Of a stretch of DNA of 64,000 bases, positions 41,901-50,660 are shown piece after piece. Made by a program: the position numbers and the translations under genes. The DNA comes from an uncultured Verrucomicrobiae bacterium (lineage in GTDB: Bacteria; Verrucomicrobiota; Verrucomicrobiia; Limisphaerales; Palsa-1400), in NCBI GenBank assembly GCA_963702845.1, contig OY969763.1:4960001-5024000 (forward strand), given 5' to 3'. Under the pieces are notes generated by a model. That model saw nothing but the letters and a program-made list of their open reading frames with translations, was not told the DNA's origin and ran no database searches. The number at the start of each line of letters is the position of its first letter. The stretch's first letter is position 1.

Positions 41901-42069
41901 CGGCGGCAGTGCCAATCGTGCCGGTGGCCCGATCAACGGCAATGTTCAAGGCAAAGGTGCCGCTGCGAGAAACGTTGGCAAAGCGAGCAGCGTCATTGAA
42001 AATGCGCCGGCAGAGTTCCGCGACGCGTTAGAAAATTATTATCGTGGCATCGAACAGAACACTCACTAG
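38968..42069 (+). CDS. Large membrane-anchored coiled-coil protein (DUF4175-like, PVC type)
   Basis: Three N-terminal TM helices, beta-rich middle with ARDDFGV, long Q/K/E-rich coiled coil, C-terminal PAEFRDALENYY. Confidence 0.75.
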   Translation: MPANGQQVMLPEQLRLQFASVERRLWRVETAVAVCSVVAALVISWLMLFVSDRIWPTPVWLRALLFGIGLAVGAVAVLRWMDRWVWHKRDQRELAMLVQKKYRKLGDRLLGIVELAGEHQHSANFSPALYRAAIEQVANEAVGYNFPASVSSQAARKFSTIAAAAIICLMLACVALPLASWNSMLRWVLPAANIPRYTLVTLEGFPAEIIVPHGEPFALSGHVNYRSFWKPHNIFGLIGTQPKIAGSSRSGSVQLQVPAQVENGVLVVRAGDAETRVKILPSLRPAIKDLSASIQLPSYLRYEPQTQKLNSGALLVLEGSRAAFAGSMTRPLIEANMSSEPGSAIPLKLKDENFSTEPTPVDGVSHFTMTWKDNLGLTNAAPLRLSVQTQKDSPPMPELPDLPRDCAMLASDVLTIKLEARDDFGVRDIGLVWDFASDNPGSQSAVTETKVQTESPHEKKTEHEFKWSPSLCRIPPDSVVELQGYARDYYPERERVRTPPYRIRVLSPEQHAEMLRQRLEALMSSSEEVTRAQEKVVANARDAKENAKLNEQQQNARLGQTKDDQNRNANDLQNLAKAGERVLQEAMKNPIFKEDTVQKWSKTLQQWQDLAKQKMGDAAKSMQSAQQSSKNSDARQQEMAKAVQKAQEALEALQKMQQKASENLDQLQALTLAERLRRAGARETEISGDLQKNAQETVGLLPSELPDKLKQQDATLANGQQAVQQEASKLQSEISRFSERTSKVNYLEVSKAMKESRTSDELDRLGGEIRDNIVLQSSTDLGEWSKRFDDWAKKLEPEKDSQGGDGKGSGQSKKNDMTKTLVALLRLREGELTLRDQTSLLDGNRGTENDYKSAAKDLAAKQKEIADKLDALEKDNSIPSLMKPFVETYDSLAEAQGLLDKPQTDKTTDDAQVKSVDLMTDLINLINEQAKRPPPQSQPQQSEQQSSAEDMAFLMQMMKNARESQSKPMQNSGGGNTSGGSANRAGGPINGNVQGKGAAARNVGKASSVIENAPAEFRDALENYYRGIEQNTH

Positions 42070-43039
42070 AGCCGCCGTCCTGATCGCTTTGATAACGCTC
42101 GCTATTGGCGCGCGTGCGCAACAGCTTTACCAATCCAGTTCCATGCCGGTCGAGGTCGAGCGTATTTACGTCAAAGCGATGGATTACCTGGCCAAGTCGC
42201 AACTGCCCGCCGGCAATTGGTCCGATTCAACGCACGGCTCCGACCCGGCCGTCGTTGGCCTCGCCGTCGTCTCGATGCTCGCCCATGGTGACGACCCGAA
42301 CTTGGGCCCTTACAGTACCGCAATTAAACACGGTCTCGATTTTATTTTAAAACTGCAGGATCCGAAGACCGGCTACATCGGCACCTCCATGTATAATCAC
42401 GGCTTCAGCACTCTGGCATTAGCGGAATCCTACGGCGCCGTCGACGACCCGCGCCTCGGCCCGGCTCTGCAGAAGGCGATCGAACTGATCGTCGACAGCC
42501 AGGAACATAACGCGCAGCACGCCTGGCGTTACTCGCCGCAAAGTACCGATGCCGACACGACCGTCAGCGGCGCACAGATGGTCGCACTTTTTGCCGCGCG
42601 AAATGCCGGCGTTCCCGTTCCTGAAAAGGCGATTCAAAACGGAATAAAGTTTTTCCTCTCGATGCAAACCCCGGAAGGCGGCTTTGGTTATACGTCGCCG
42701 GTTGGCCCGAATGGTCCACGTGCTGCCATCGGCTGTTTGATTCTCGCCCTCGCTAAAGAAAAAGACTCACCCGCGTTCAAAGCCGCCTTTGAATATTTGA
42801 AAAAAGCGCGCAGTGAATCGCAGTATCCGGAGTATTTCGCCTACTACGCTTCGCAAGCGTTTTTCCACGGTTCGCCCGAGCAATGGCAAACCTGGAATCG
42901 CGACAACATCAAAACGTTGAAAGCTACTCAAAGCGTCGATGGAAACTGGGACGGCCAATTTGGACCGGTGTTTGCCACGTCCGCGTCATTGTTGTCGCTG
43001 GCGTTGAATTATCGTTATCTGCCAATCTATGAGCGCTAA
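42044..43039 (+). CDS. Exported prenyltransferase/squalene-cyclase (QW) repeat protein
   Basis: YLAKSQLPAGNW, MYNHGFSTLALAE, WRY...DTTVSG, QTPEGGFGY, QSVDGNW. Confidence 0.85.
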   Translation: MASNRTLTRAAVLIALITLAIGARAQQLYQSSSMPVEVERIYVKAMDYLAKSQLPAGNWSDSTHGSDPAVVGLAVVSMLAHGDDPNLGPYSTAIKHGLDFILKLQDPKTGYIGTSMYNHGFSTLALAESYGAVDDPRLGPALQKAIELIVDSQEHNAQHAWRYSPQSTDADTTVSGAQMVALFAARNAGVPVPEKAIQNGIKFFLSMQTPEGGFGYTSPVGPNGPRAAIGCLILALAKEKDSPAFKAAFEYLKKARSESQYPEYFAYYASQAFFHGSPEQWQTWNRDNIKTLKATQSVDGNWDGQFGPVFATSASLLSLALNYRYLPIYER

Positions 43040-44489
43040 ACCGCGCAAACTTCAAAATTCAAACTCCAAAACTCAAGGAAGTGTTTTTGAGTGTTGGGGT
43101 TTTCTTGGAGTTTGGAGTTTGGCATTTGGAGTTTTCTTCTGTGCGTTGGCGGCGTTCGCCAAACCTGCATCCGAACCTGCACCCGTTTCCGGCGACCTGC
43201 TACAATTCCTCGACGGCTCCGCCTTGCACGGCCAGATCACCGCGATGAATACGAACACCGGTGTTCGTGTGGACAATCCAAACGTCACCCAGCCTATCGC
43301 CTTTAAACCCAATCACGTCGACTTCATTCGTTTTTCCAAAGCCGAAGCCCTGCCGACAAGCGCTGAGTCCGGCAATTGTCACTTCCGGTTTTTCAATGGC
43401 GACGAAGTCTTCGGGGTGTTGAACTCGCTTGACGATCACCACCTTGAGCTCACCGCATGGTTCGGCAGCGTCTTGAAAATTCCGCGCCCGGCTGTGCAAT
43501 CGATCACATTCCTCTCGCGCGGCTACCGCGTTGTTTATGAAGGGCCGACCGATCTCGATGGCTGGAGCGTCAGCGGTGTTCCGGGCGGCGCGAGCAACTG
43601 GTGGTACCGCGACGGCTCATTCTTCGGTGCTGCCGGCACGCTCGGGCGCAAGTTCGACCTCACCAACTCCTGCACCGTCGAATTCGATCTCACCTCAAAA
43701 GCGACCTATCAAAATTTGATGCTCAGCCTCTACACCGATTCCATCGACCGTCTCGACTTCGGCAACGACGGTTACATCTTCACCTTTTCCGCCGACAGCG
43801 CTCAACTTCGCCGCGCGCAACGTGGCGTGTCTCCCGTCGATATGGGCAACGCGGTTCTTGCGCATCCCGACAGTAAAGATCGCGTCCACATCACCATTCA
43901 CGCCAACAAAGAAGACGGCAGCATCACGCTCATGGCCAACAATCAGGTCGCCAAACGTTGGAAAGACAGCACAGGCTTCGCTGCCCATGGTACCGGGCTC
44001 TTGTTCGAAAACATTGGCGGCGGCCAGCCAGTCCGCATCAGCAATCTGCGCATCAGCTCATGGCAAGGCCGCTTCGAGCCGGACACAAATCCTCTCATCC
44101 AGACCAACGTCGATTCCGTCCTCTTCGCCAATCGCGATCGCGCGCAGGGAAAAATCACTTCGTTTCAGGACGGTAAAGTCGCGCTCACTGCCGGAACGAA
44201 TCATCTCGATGTCCCGATGCAACGCGTCCGACAGATTACTTTTGCTCCCGCTCCGAATGCGCACGAAGAGCGCGGGCCGTGGGAAGTCCGTGCGTATTTT
44301 CTACGCGGCGGCATGATTTCTTTCCGGCTCGCCAATTGGGACAAAGACAAAGTTTCCGGTGAGAGCGCCATTTTCGGTCCGCTCTCGTTTCAAACCCAAA
44401 CCGTGCGCGAGATGGAATTCAATTTAGACAAACGCCGCGGCGACACTCTCGCTGCTGTGCCCGACGAATTCGGAGGTGGCGATGAATAA
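43029..44489 (+). CDS. Exported hypothetical protein (2 small beta modules + lectin-like domain + 2 small beta modules)
   Basis: Signal peptide; repeated D-x-L-x-F-x-[ND]G-x-x-L-x-G modules; paralogous to the next gene. Confidence 0.75.
   Translation: MSAKPRKLQNSNSKTQGSVFECWGFLGVWSLAFGVFFCALAAFAKPASEPAPVSGDLLQFLDGSALHGQITAMNTNTGVRVDNPNVTQPIAFKPNHVDFIRFSKAEALPTSAESGNCHFRFFNGDEVFGVLNSLDDHHLELTAWFGSVLKIPRPAVQSITFLSRGYRVVYEGPTDLDGWSVSGVPGGASNWWYRDGSFFGAAGTLGRKFDLTNSCTVEFDLTSKATYQNLMLSLYTDSIDRLDFGNDGYIFTFSADSAQLRRAQRGVSPVDMGNAVLAHPDSKDRVHITIHANKEDGSITLMANNQVAKRWKDSTGFAAHGTGLLFENIGGGQPVRISNLRISSWQGRFEPDTNPLIQTNVDSVLFANRDRAQGKITSFQDGKVALTAGTNHLDVPMQRVRQITFAPAPNAHEERGPWEVRAYFLRGGMISFRLANWDKDKVSGESAIFGPLSFQTQTVREMEFNLDKRRGDTLAAVPDEFGGGDE
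43048..43135. repeat. Heptamer-based inverted repeat element, copy 2 (inside the 5' end of the CDS)
   Basis: aacttcaaaattcaaactccaa ... ttggagtttggagtttggcatttggagtttt. Confidence 0.75.
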
Positions 44490-45934
44490 ACTCTGCGCAC
44501 TCCTCCTTTCCCTCGCTGCCGCCTGCCTCAGCGCAACGGGCCAGGGCATCATTATTCGCGGCGGCGGACAAATCCAGGTCCAGGGCAATGGCGTCCTGCT
44601 CTTCAATTCGCCGACAATTGTTAACGAACTGCCGGACATTTCGATCCCATTGGGCAACACCTCCGACAGCGTGCTTTTTACCAACGGTGATTTTCTTTAC
44701 GGCAAATTGCTCGGAATCGGCCCGCGACACGAAATCCGCTGGCAACATCCCGATGCCACCGCGCCCATTGAGTTCAAGTCCACCAACATCAGCCAGATCG
44801 ATCTCTCCAGCACCCGTCGTTCGCTTGAGGAAACGAACAATTGCAAAGTCGACTTCATCAACAATGACACCCTCAAAGGCACCTTCGTCTCGTGTGACAA
44901 AGATTCGCTCGTGCTCGACACCGCCTATGCCGGACAGCTTCATTTGTCTCGTTCGATGTTGGAATCGTTGGTGATTATCCCGTCCGCACAACCCGCCATA
45001 TTCGAAGGGCCGGCCGGCATCGACGGCTGGACTCCCGGCAAGTCCGTCGCCATTCCGATGAGTGAATCCGGCCAGTTCTCGTTTCGCAACGGCTCATTTT
45101 ACGCAACCAAAGCAGCCTCGATCGCACGCGACCTCCATCTGCCCGAGACCGCGCAAATTGAGTTCGATCTCGTTTGGAAATCCACACTCCACATGGCAAT
45201 CGCGCTTTACACCGATTCTCTTCAACCGGTCAGCCTCGCCTCGAAAGAGACCGCGCCCGACTTCGGCGGTTTCTACAGTTTTCAGGTCAACAGCTCCTAC
45301 ATGGACATGATGCCGATTAAAAAGAAAGACCCGCTTAAATCTCTTGGCGCCATTGCCGTTCCCGCGTTGATGCAGCGCAACCGCGCGCACTTCGACATTC
45401 GTGCCAGCAAACGCGATCATAAAATCGCCCTGCTCATCAACGGCGTGTCTCGTCAAAGAATGGATCGACCCCGACGGCTTTGCCGGCCAAGGTACCGCGA
45501 TGCGTTTCGTCCATCAGGGCCAGGGCTCGATCAAACTGAGCAACATCCGCATCCGCCCCTGGGACGGCCAACTTGAACAACCCTCTCCAGCCCCAGCCCA
45601 TCGCCCGACTGACAGCGTCCGTCTCGCCGACGGCTCACGTTTGAACGGCCAAATCAATGGCATCAACAATGGCAAACTTTCGATTACCACAGACACAACA
45701 ACCGCTTCCCAGGTCAATCTCTCGCAGCTTCGCCAAATCGATTTCGCCAGCCAGAACCTGTCAGCCACTCAGACCAATTCTCAACCCGTCAAAGTTCTTC
45801 TCACTCCAGGCTACACCATCAGCGGCCAGCTCGAGAGTTGGACACCCGACGCGCTGACGTTGACGAGCCCCTCATTCGGCAAAGCGAAGTTTGATCCGAA
45901 AGCAGTTTCACGCCTTCAATTCACACACGACTAA
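44482..45934 (+). CDS. Exported hypothetical protein, paralogue of the upstream gene; one frameshift near 45448 (probable sequencing error)
   Basis: ORFs 44476-45576 and 45401-45934 join as ...LLINGV/LVKEWIDPDGF..., matching ANNQVAKRWKDSTGF in the paralogue. Confidence 0.7.
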
Positions 45935-46028
45935 GTTTTTATTTCACCGCCCGTTCTGTTTACTGAACTCAAATTTTTCCCAAAGTTAACCCCTTGCCAA
46001 AAACTGAAACCGCTCCGAGGTTCTCTTT

Positions 46029-46195
46029 GGGTAACGCAGGCAGGATTGAAGGGACACGCAGGAAAGGGGTTTAAGGGACCAGGAAAGGCATGAGGGTAAG
46101 GTTTTAGAGCTTTGCGCAGAACCGCTAGTAATCCTCGCAAGAGGGAACGCGAAAAGGATCTAACGATCCGCCGTCCTACGCAAAGCTCTTGTTGC
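46029..46195 (+). ncRNA. Candidate structured, GGA-rich small RNA or long leader
   Basis: Seven GGA motifs; 11-bp closing stem agagctttgcg/cgcaaagctct enclosing cctc-GCAA-gagg and ggatc-TAAC-gatcc hairpins; TTGCCA -35-like hexamer at 45994. Confidence 0.45.
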
Positions 46196-46247
46196 AGTCA
46201 TCGTTGGCCAAATTTTTGAATCGTAACTTCATCCAGGGCGTCGGATA

Positions 46248-48896
46248 ATGCGACGCGTGATGGTGAAGACTTTCAAACAACGGGTGCTTTGGGTGTTTCT
46301 GGCGTTTGTGCTCGTCTCGTTTTCCGCATCGGCCGCACCTTCGGAAACAAACGCATTTTCCGCTGCTGCAAAATTGTTCCAGGACAATTTTTACGGCCGC
46401 GCTGAGACCGGGTTCAGCAATTTCGTCGCGACCTATACCAACTCAATTCATCGCCCGGTCGCGATTCTCTATCAGGCCCGCTCGCGTTTTTACCAAAGCA
46501 ATTACGTCGGCGCCATTGATCTACTGCAACAGAACCAGGCCAAGGCGAATGGTTCCGCAGACGAATATCAGTTTTGGATTGCACGTTCTCTGTTCGAAAA
46601 ACCCGACTACCGCGCCGCCGCAGATGCTTTTGGCGTTTTGCTCCAAAATTACCCGCACTCCTCGCATCGTCTTGACGCCGCGTTTACCCAGGCCAAGGCC
46701 TATTCCGTTTTAGGCGACTGGCCCAAAGTCATCCAACTCCTCGAAAAGCCCGACGGCAATTTCCAATCGGCAGCGCGCACCCAACCCGACAACCTCGTCG
46801 GAGTCGACGGCTTCCTATTGCTCGCTGAAGCGTTGTTCCGTGAGCATCGCAACGCCGATGCTGAAGAGGTCGTGCGCGGCATGAAGGTCGATCCTTCGAT
46901 GAAAGAGGCCAACTGGCGCAGATATTATCTGCTCTGTCGAATTCAATTCGCCGCTGGTAAAACCCAGCGCGCGTTGACGAACACCGCAACCATGCTAAGC
47001 GCCGCGATCGGCCAGCGCCAGTGGATGGCTGAATCAAAATTTCTCGAAGGCGAAATCCTGGAAAAACTCGAGCGTTACGCCGACGCTTTGCAGTCCTACA
47101 CCAACAATCTTGCCGAAGATTTGCCGACCAACATCCAACGCCAATCGCTTTTCAAGACAATCGACCTGATGCTCAAGCTCGGCCAAACCGACGAAGCCAT
47201 CAAACATCTCGAAACGTTCATCGAAGAACGTCCGAAAGATCCAGCCCTGGACGTGGCACGCTTGTCGTTGGGCGAATTGGATTTGAAAGCCTACAACGCA
47301 GCCCTTCGTTCGCCGCCCGCCGCCGATTCCGCTGCAGCCGCGACCAACCTGTTGCAATCGGCCATCACCAATTTTGATCGCGTCATCGCTGATTTCCCGC
47401 AAAGTCCGTTGCTCGGCAAAGTGCATCTGGATCGCGGTTGGTGCGATTGGTTGCAAGGCCACGTCCGCGAAGCGCAAACGAATTTTTCCGAAGCCGTGCA
47501 GCGTCTGCCATTATCCGAAGATCAGGCCATCGCCCGCTTCAAGCTCGCTGACACGCAATATTCCCAGACCAACTATCCAGCGGCTTTGACCAACTACAAT
47601 CTCGTCGTTCAAAGTGCGCAATCCCTGCCGCCGATCAAAGAAGGTTTGTTCGACGAGGCGCTCTATCAAATTGTCCGCTGCGCCATTGCCTGCGGTGATG
47701 AGAAAACCGCCAGCGCCGCGGCCGAAAAAATCCAAAGCCTTTATCCAAACAGCCTGTTCGTGGACCGCGCGTTGCTCTTGTTCGGCGAAGATCAGAACCG
47801 CCGCCGTAATTACGGTGAAGCGCGCAAAACATTTTCTCAGCTGCTCGACAAATTCCCGAACACAACCGTTCGTCCGCAAGTGCAGTTAGCCATCGCCCAG
47901 AGCTACGCGCAGGAAAGTTTGTGGGCCGATGCCGCGACGCAATACGACCAATGGGTGGCGAAATTCCCGCGAAATCCGTTGTTGGCACAGGCCGAATTCT
48001 GCCGCGCCCTCGCTTACGACAAAGCTGGGAAGGAAACCAACGCCTTCATGCTGTTTACCAATTTCGTCGCGCGCTTTCCGAGCAACACATTCGCCGCGTG
48101 GGCGCAAAACTGGATTGCTGATGCCTATTTCAATCAGGACGCGTACGTGCCGGCCGAAAAAGCTTACCAGGAACTTTATCAGCGCTACCCCGCTTCCGGT
48201 GAACTTGCCTACCAGGCGCGTTTAATGGCGGCTCGCGCTGCGCTTGCCGGCCAACGTGCACCCGACGCCAGCAGTTATTTGCTGGAACTAATCAACGACA
48301 CCAACGCTCCAGCATTAATCGTTTCGCAAGCACATTTCGCGTTCGGTGATGCGAAGGTGCAGCAATTTCATGACAGCCTCAAAGAACCGACCTGCACGAA
48401 TTATTTCAGGGAAGCCCTCGCCGCGTTCAGCATCCTGACCAACGGCGTGCCGACCAACGCCACCGCTCCGCTGGCCATGGGTCGCATTGGTGATTGTTAC
48501 TTCGCATGGGCCACGGACAAATCCGAACCTGCATTGTTTGACTCAGCGATTGCCGCCTTCTCCAGCGCCGCCGCCATGCCGCAAGCCACCATCGAAACAC
48601 GCAGCCAGGCTGAAGTCGGCATCGGCCGTTGCTACGAAGCCCAGGGCAAGCTCGACCTCGCCCTTGAACACTACAGCAAAGTCATTCCTGATTTCAGCGA
48701 GGATCCGACCCGCTTCAATTCATTTTGGGCCAAAGAAGCCGGCGTGCGCGCTGCTGCTGTTTGCGAAGCGCAGCAGCAATGGGACAAGGCTGTGAACGTT
48801 TACAATCGCGTCAAAAACCTTTTCCCCGCCCTGCGCCCGACACTCGACAAAAAAATCGCGGCCGCTCAACAACATAAAGCAGCGGCGAAAGACTAA
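46248..48896 (+). CDS. Exported tetratricopeptide-repeat protein
   Basis: Signal peptide; many TPR units ending in F/Y-P-x-S. Confidence 0.88.
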   Translation: MRRVMVKTFKQRVLWVFLAFVLVSFSASAAPSETNAFSAAAKLFQDNFYGRAETGFSNFVATYTNSIHRPVAILYQARSRFYQSNYVGAIDLLQQNQAKANGSADEYQFWIARSLFEKPDYRAAADAFGVLLQNYPHSSHRLDAAFTQAKAYSVLGDWPKVIQLLEKPDGNFQSAARTQPDNLVGVDGFLLLAEALFREHRNADAEEVVRGMKVDPSMKEANWRRYYLLCRIQFAAGKTQRALTNTATMLSAAIGQRQWMAESKFLEGEILEKLERYADALQSYTNNLAEDLPTNIQRQSLFKTIDLMLKLGQTDEAIKHLETFIEERPKDPALDVARLSLGELDLKAYNAALRSPPAADSAAAATNLLQSAITNFDRVIADFPQSPLLGKVHLDRGWCDWLQGHVREAQTNFSEAVQRLPLSEDQAIARFKLADTQYSQTNYPAALTNYNLVVQSAQSLPPIKEGLFDEALYQIVRCAIACGDEKTASAAAEKIQSLYPNSLFVDRALLLFGEDQNRRRNYGEARKTFSQLLDKFPNTTVRPQVQLAIAQSYAQESLWADAATQYDQWVAKFPRNPLLAQAEFCRALAYDKAGKETNAFMLFTNFVARFPSNTFAAWAQNWIADAYFNQDAYVPAEKAYQELYQRYPASGELAYQARLMAARAALAGQRAPDASSYLLELINDTNAPALIVSQAHFAFGDAKVQQFHDSLKEPTCTNYFREALAAFSILTNGVPTNATAPLAMGRIGDCYFAWATDKSEPALFDSAIAAFSSAAAMPQATIETRSQAEVGIGRCYEAQGKLDLALEHYSKVIPDFSEDPTRFNSFWAKEAGVRAAAVCEAQQQWDKAVNVYNRVKNLFPALRPTLDKKIAAAQQHKAAAKD

Positions 48897-48907
48897 ATTC
48901 GCACTTC

Positions 48908-48931
48908 GTAGCAGCCGACGTAAGAAGGCTC
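48908..48931. repeat. GTAG-type REP-like element
   Basis: gtagcagccgacgtaagaaggctc just after the stop codon. Confidence 0.55.
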
Positions 48932-48961
48932 CGATTTTGTCGCTGTATATTACGTAGACAT

Positions 48962-49471
48962 ATGAGCAAAGCCTTCACACGCGATGACGACAGCGCTGCA
49001 CCAATCCTGCAACGCCCTGTGTCCCCGCTTCCGCCCGGCGTCAAAAATTATATGACCGCAGCCGGTGCGAAACGCATCGAAGACGAACTCAAGCACCTGC
49101 GCGAAGTGGAACGGCCTCCCGTGGTGACGTCAAACGACTCAGGCAAAGCCGAACACCTGCAAAAAATTGATTCACGAATTGCTTACCTCGACCAAAGCTT
49201 GCTCGCCGCTGAAGTTGTCCACCCGCCCGCCCAATCCGACGATAAAGTCCGCTTCGGCGCAACCGTCACCGTGCGCGACAAGAGCGGCGGCGAAACGAAA
49301 TATCGCATCGTCGGCGTGGACGAAACTGACACCGACCGCGACTGGGTCAGTTGGCGCTCCCCAATTGCCAAAGCATTACTGAACGCAAGCGTCAGCCAAC
49401 GTGTAAAATTCCAAATCCCCGCAGGAACCCAGGAATGGGAAATCGTTTCGATCAGCTATGAAGACCAGTAA
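48962..49471 (+). CDS. GreA/GreB family elongation factor (shortened coiled coil)
   Basis: NYMTAAGA, VRFGATVTV, YRIVGVDE and VSWRSPIAKALL motifs. Confidence 0.85.
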   Translation: MSKAFTRDDDSAAPILQRPVSPLPPGVKNYMTAAGAKRIEDELKHLREVERPPVVTSNDSGKAEHLQKIDSRIAYLDQSLLAAEVVHPPAQSDDKVRFGATVTVRDKSGGETKYRIVGVDETDTDRDWVSWRSPIAKALLNASVSQRVKFQIPAGTQEWEIVSISYEDQ

Positions 49472-49510
49472 GCAGCAGTAATCGGTGAGAAGACGTCGGC
49501 CAACTGATTA

Positions 49511-50650
49511 CTATTTACTTCCCTCCACCCTCGCCAACACCGCCGCACAAATATCCTTCGCCGCATTCGGTCTCCCCAACGCCGCCGCCGCCGCGGTCAT
49601 TTGCAATAATTTTTTGGAACTCAGCAGTTCCTTAAGTCGAAATGGCAAATCTTCCACGCGATTCAATTTGATCGCCGCGCCTCGTTCCAAAAGAAAATCA
49701 CTGTTCGCGGTTTCCTGTCCAGGGATTGGATTCAAGATCACCAACGGCCGTCCGATAGCCATCGCTTCGGATGTCGTTAATCCACCGGGCTTCGTCACGA
49801 TCAAACTCGAAGCGCACATCAATTCGTGCATGTTGTTGCAAAACCCGAGAACGTGTGTCGGATGCTTCCGGTCCCGCCCCGCCAAGTCCTTACGCAACTC
49901 TTCATTGCGACCGCACACCACCATCGTTTGGAAATGCGCTTCCACTTTATCTAACTCATCGAGAATCTCAGCCACGGGCCCCATGCCAAATCCGCCGCTC
50001 AATACCAGCACCGTTGGTAAATCATCGCGCAAACCGTAGTGGCGTCGCACTCCGAGCACATCAATCGGCTGAGCGAACTTCGCGCCAATCGGAATACCCG
50101 TCGCAACAACATCCTTCTCGATGGCACCACGCGCGACCAGACTCGCGCCCGTTTCCAGAGCAGCCACGCAATACATATCCACACCCGGCTCCAGCCAAAA
50201 CGCATGCGCCTCGAAATCCGTCACCACGCAAACATTGAACGAACTCGCCGCCGCCTTTTTACTTTTCGCCGCCTTGGCGCGCATGTGACCTAAAATTTCC
50301 AAAGGCAAAAAGTGCGGGCACAATACCACATCCGGTTTGAAGTTCTTCAGATACGTGACGAACTTTTTATTGGTGTGATGGGCGAAACTCCGTCGAATGC
50401 TCGTGGCGCGACGCACCTTGCTCGCGTTATCCGTCTTTTTGAAAATCATCCCGTAAATTTCCGGCGCACGTTCGACGAATTTGACGTAGCCCTTCGCATA
50501 CATCTTTCGATAAAGCCGCGGCGCAAACTCGAGAACATCTTTGCACTCCACCACATCGCGTGGGCGCATCGCGCGCCAGGCTTGTTCAAGAGCAGATGCT
50601 GCCGCCAGATGTCCGCCACCGGCGGTGACCGTTGCAATGAGTATACGCAT
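49511..50650 (-). CDS. MGDG synthase/UgtP-like glycosyltransferase (GT28)
   Basis: GGGHLAAA, VVTDFEAHAFW, TGIPI, TKPGGLTTSEA and PIPGQE motifs. Confidence 0.88.
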   Translation of the reverse strand: MRILIATVTAGGGHLAAASALEQAWRAMRPRDVVECKDVLEFAPRLYRKMYAKGYVKFVERAPEIYGMIFKKTDNASKVRRATSIRRSFAHHTNKKFVTYLKNFKPDVVLCPHFLPLEILGHMRAKAAKSKKAAASSFNVCVVTDFEAHAFWLEPGVDMYCVAALETGASLVARGAIEKDVVATGIPIGAKFAQPIDVLGVRRHYGLRDDLPTVLVLSGGFGMGPVAEILDELDKVEAHFQTMVVCGRNEELRKDLAGRDRKHPTHVLGFCNNMHELMCASSLIVTKPGGLTTSEAMAIGRPLVILNPIPGQETANSDFLLERGAAIKLNRVEDLPFRLKELLSSKKLLQMTAAAAALGRPNAAKDICAAVLARVEGSK

Positions 50651-50660
50651 AGTAAGCGTG

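Noticed and set aside
42044..43039. Squalene-hopene cyclase / hopanoid synthesis
   Set aside because: Only ~330 aa, exported, single toroid and no DxDD catalytic motif
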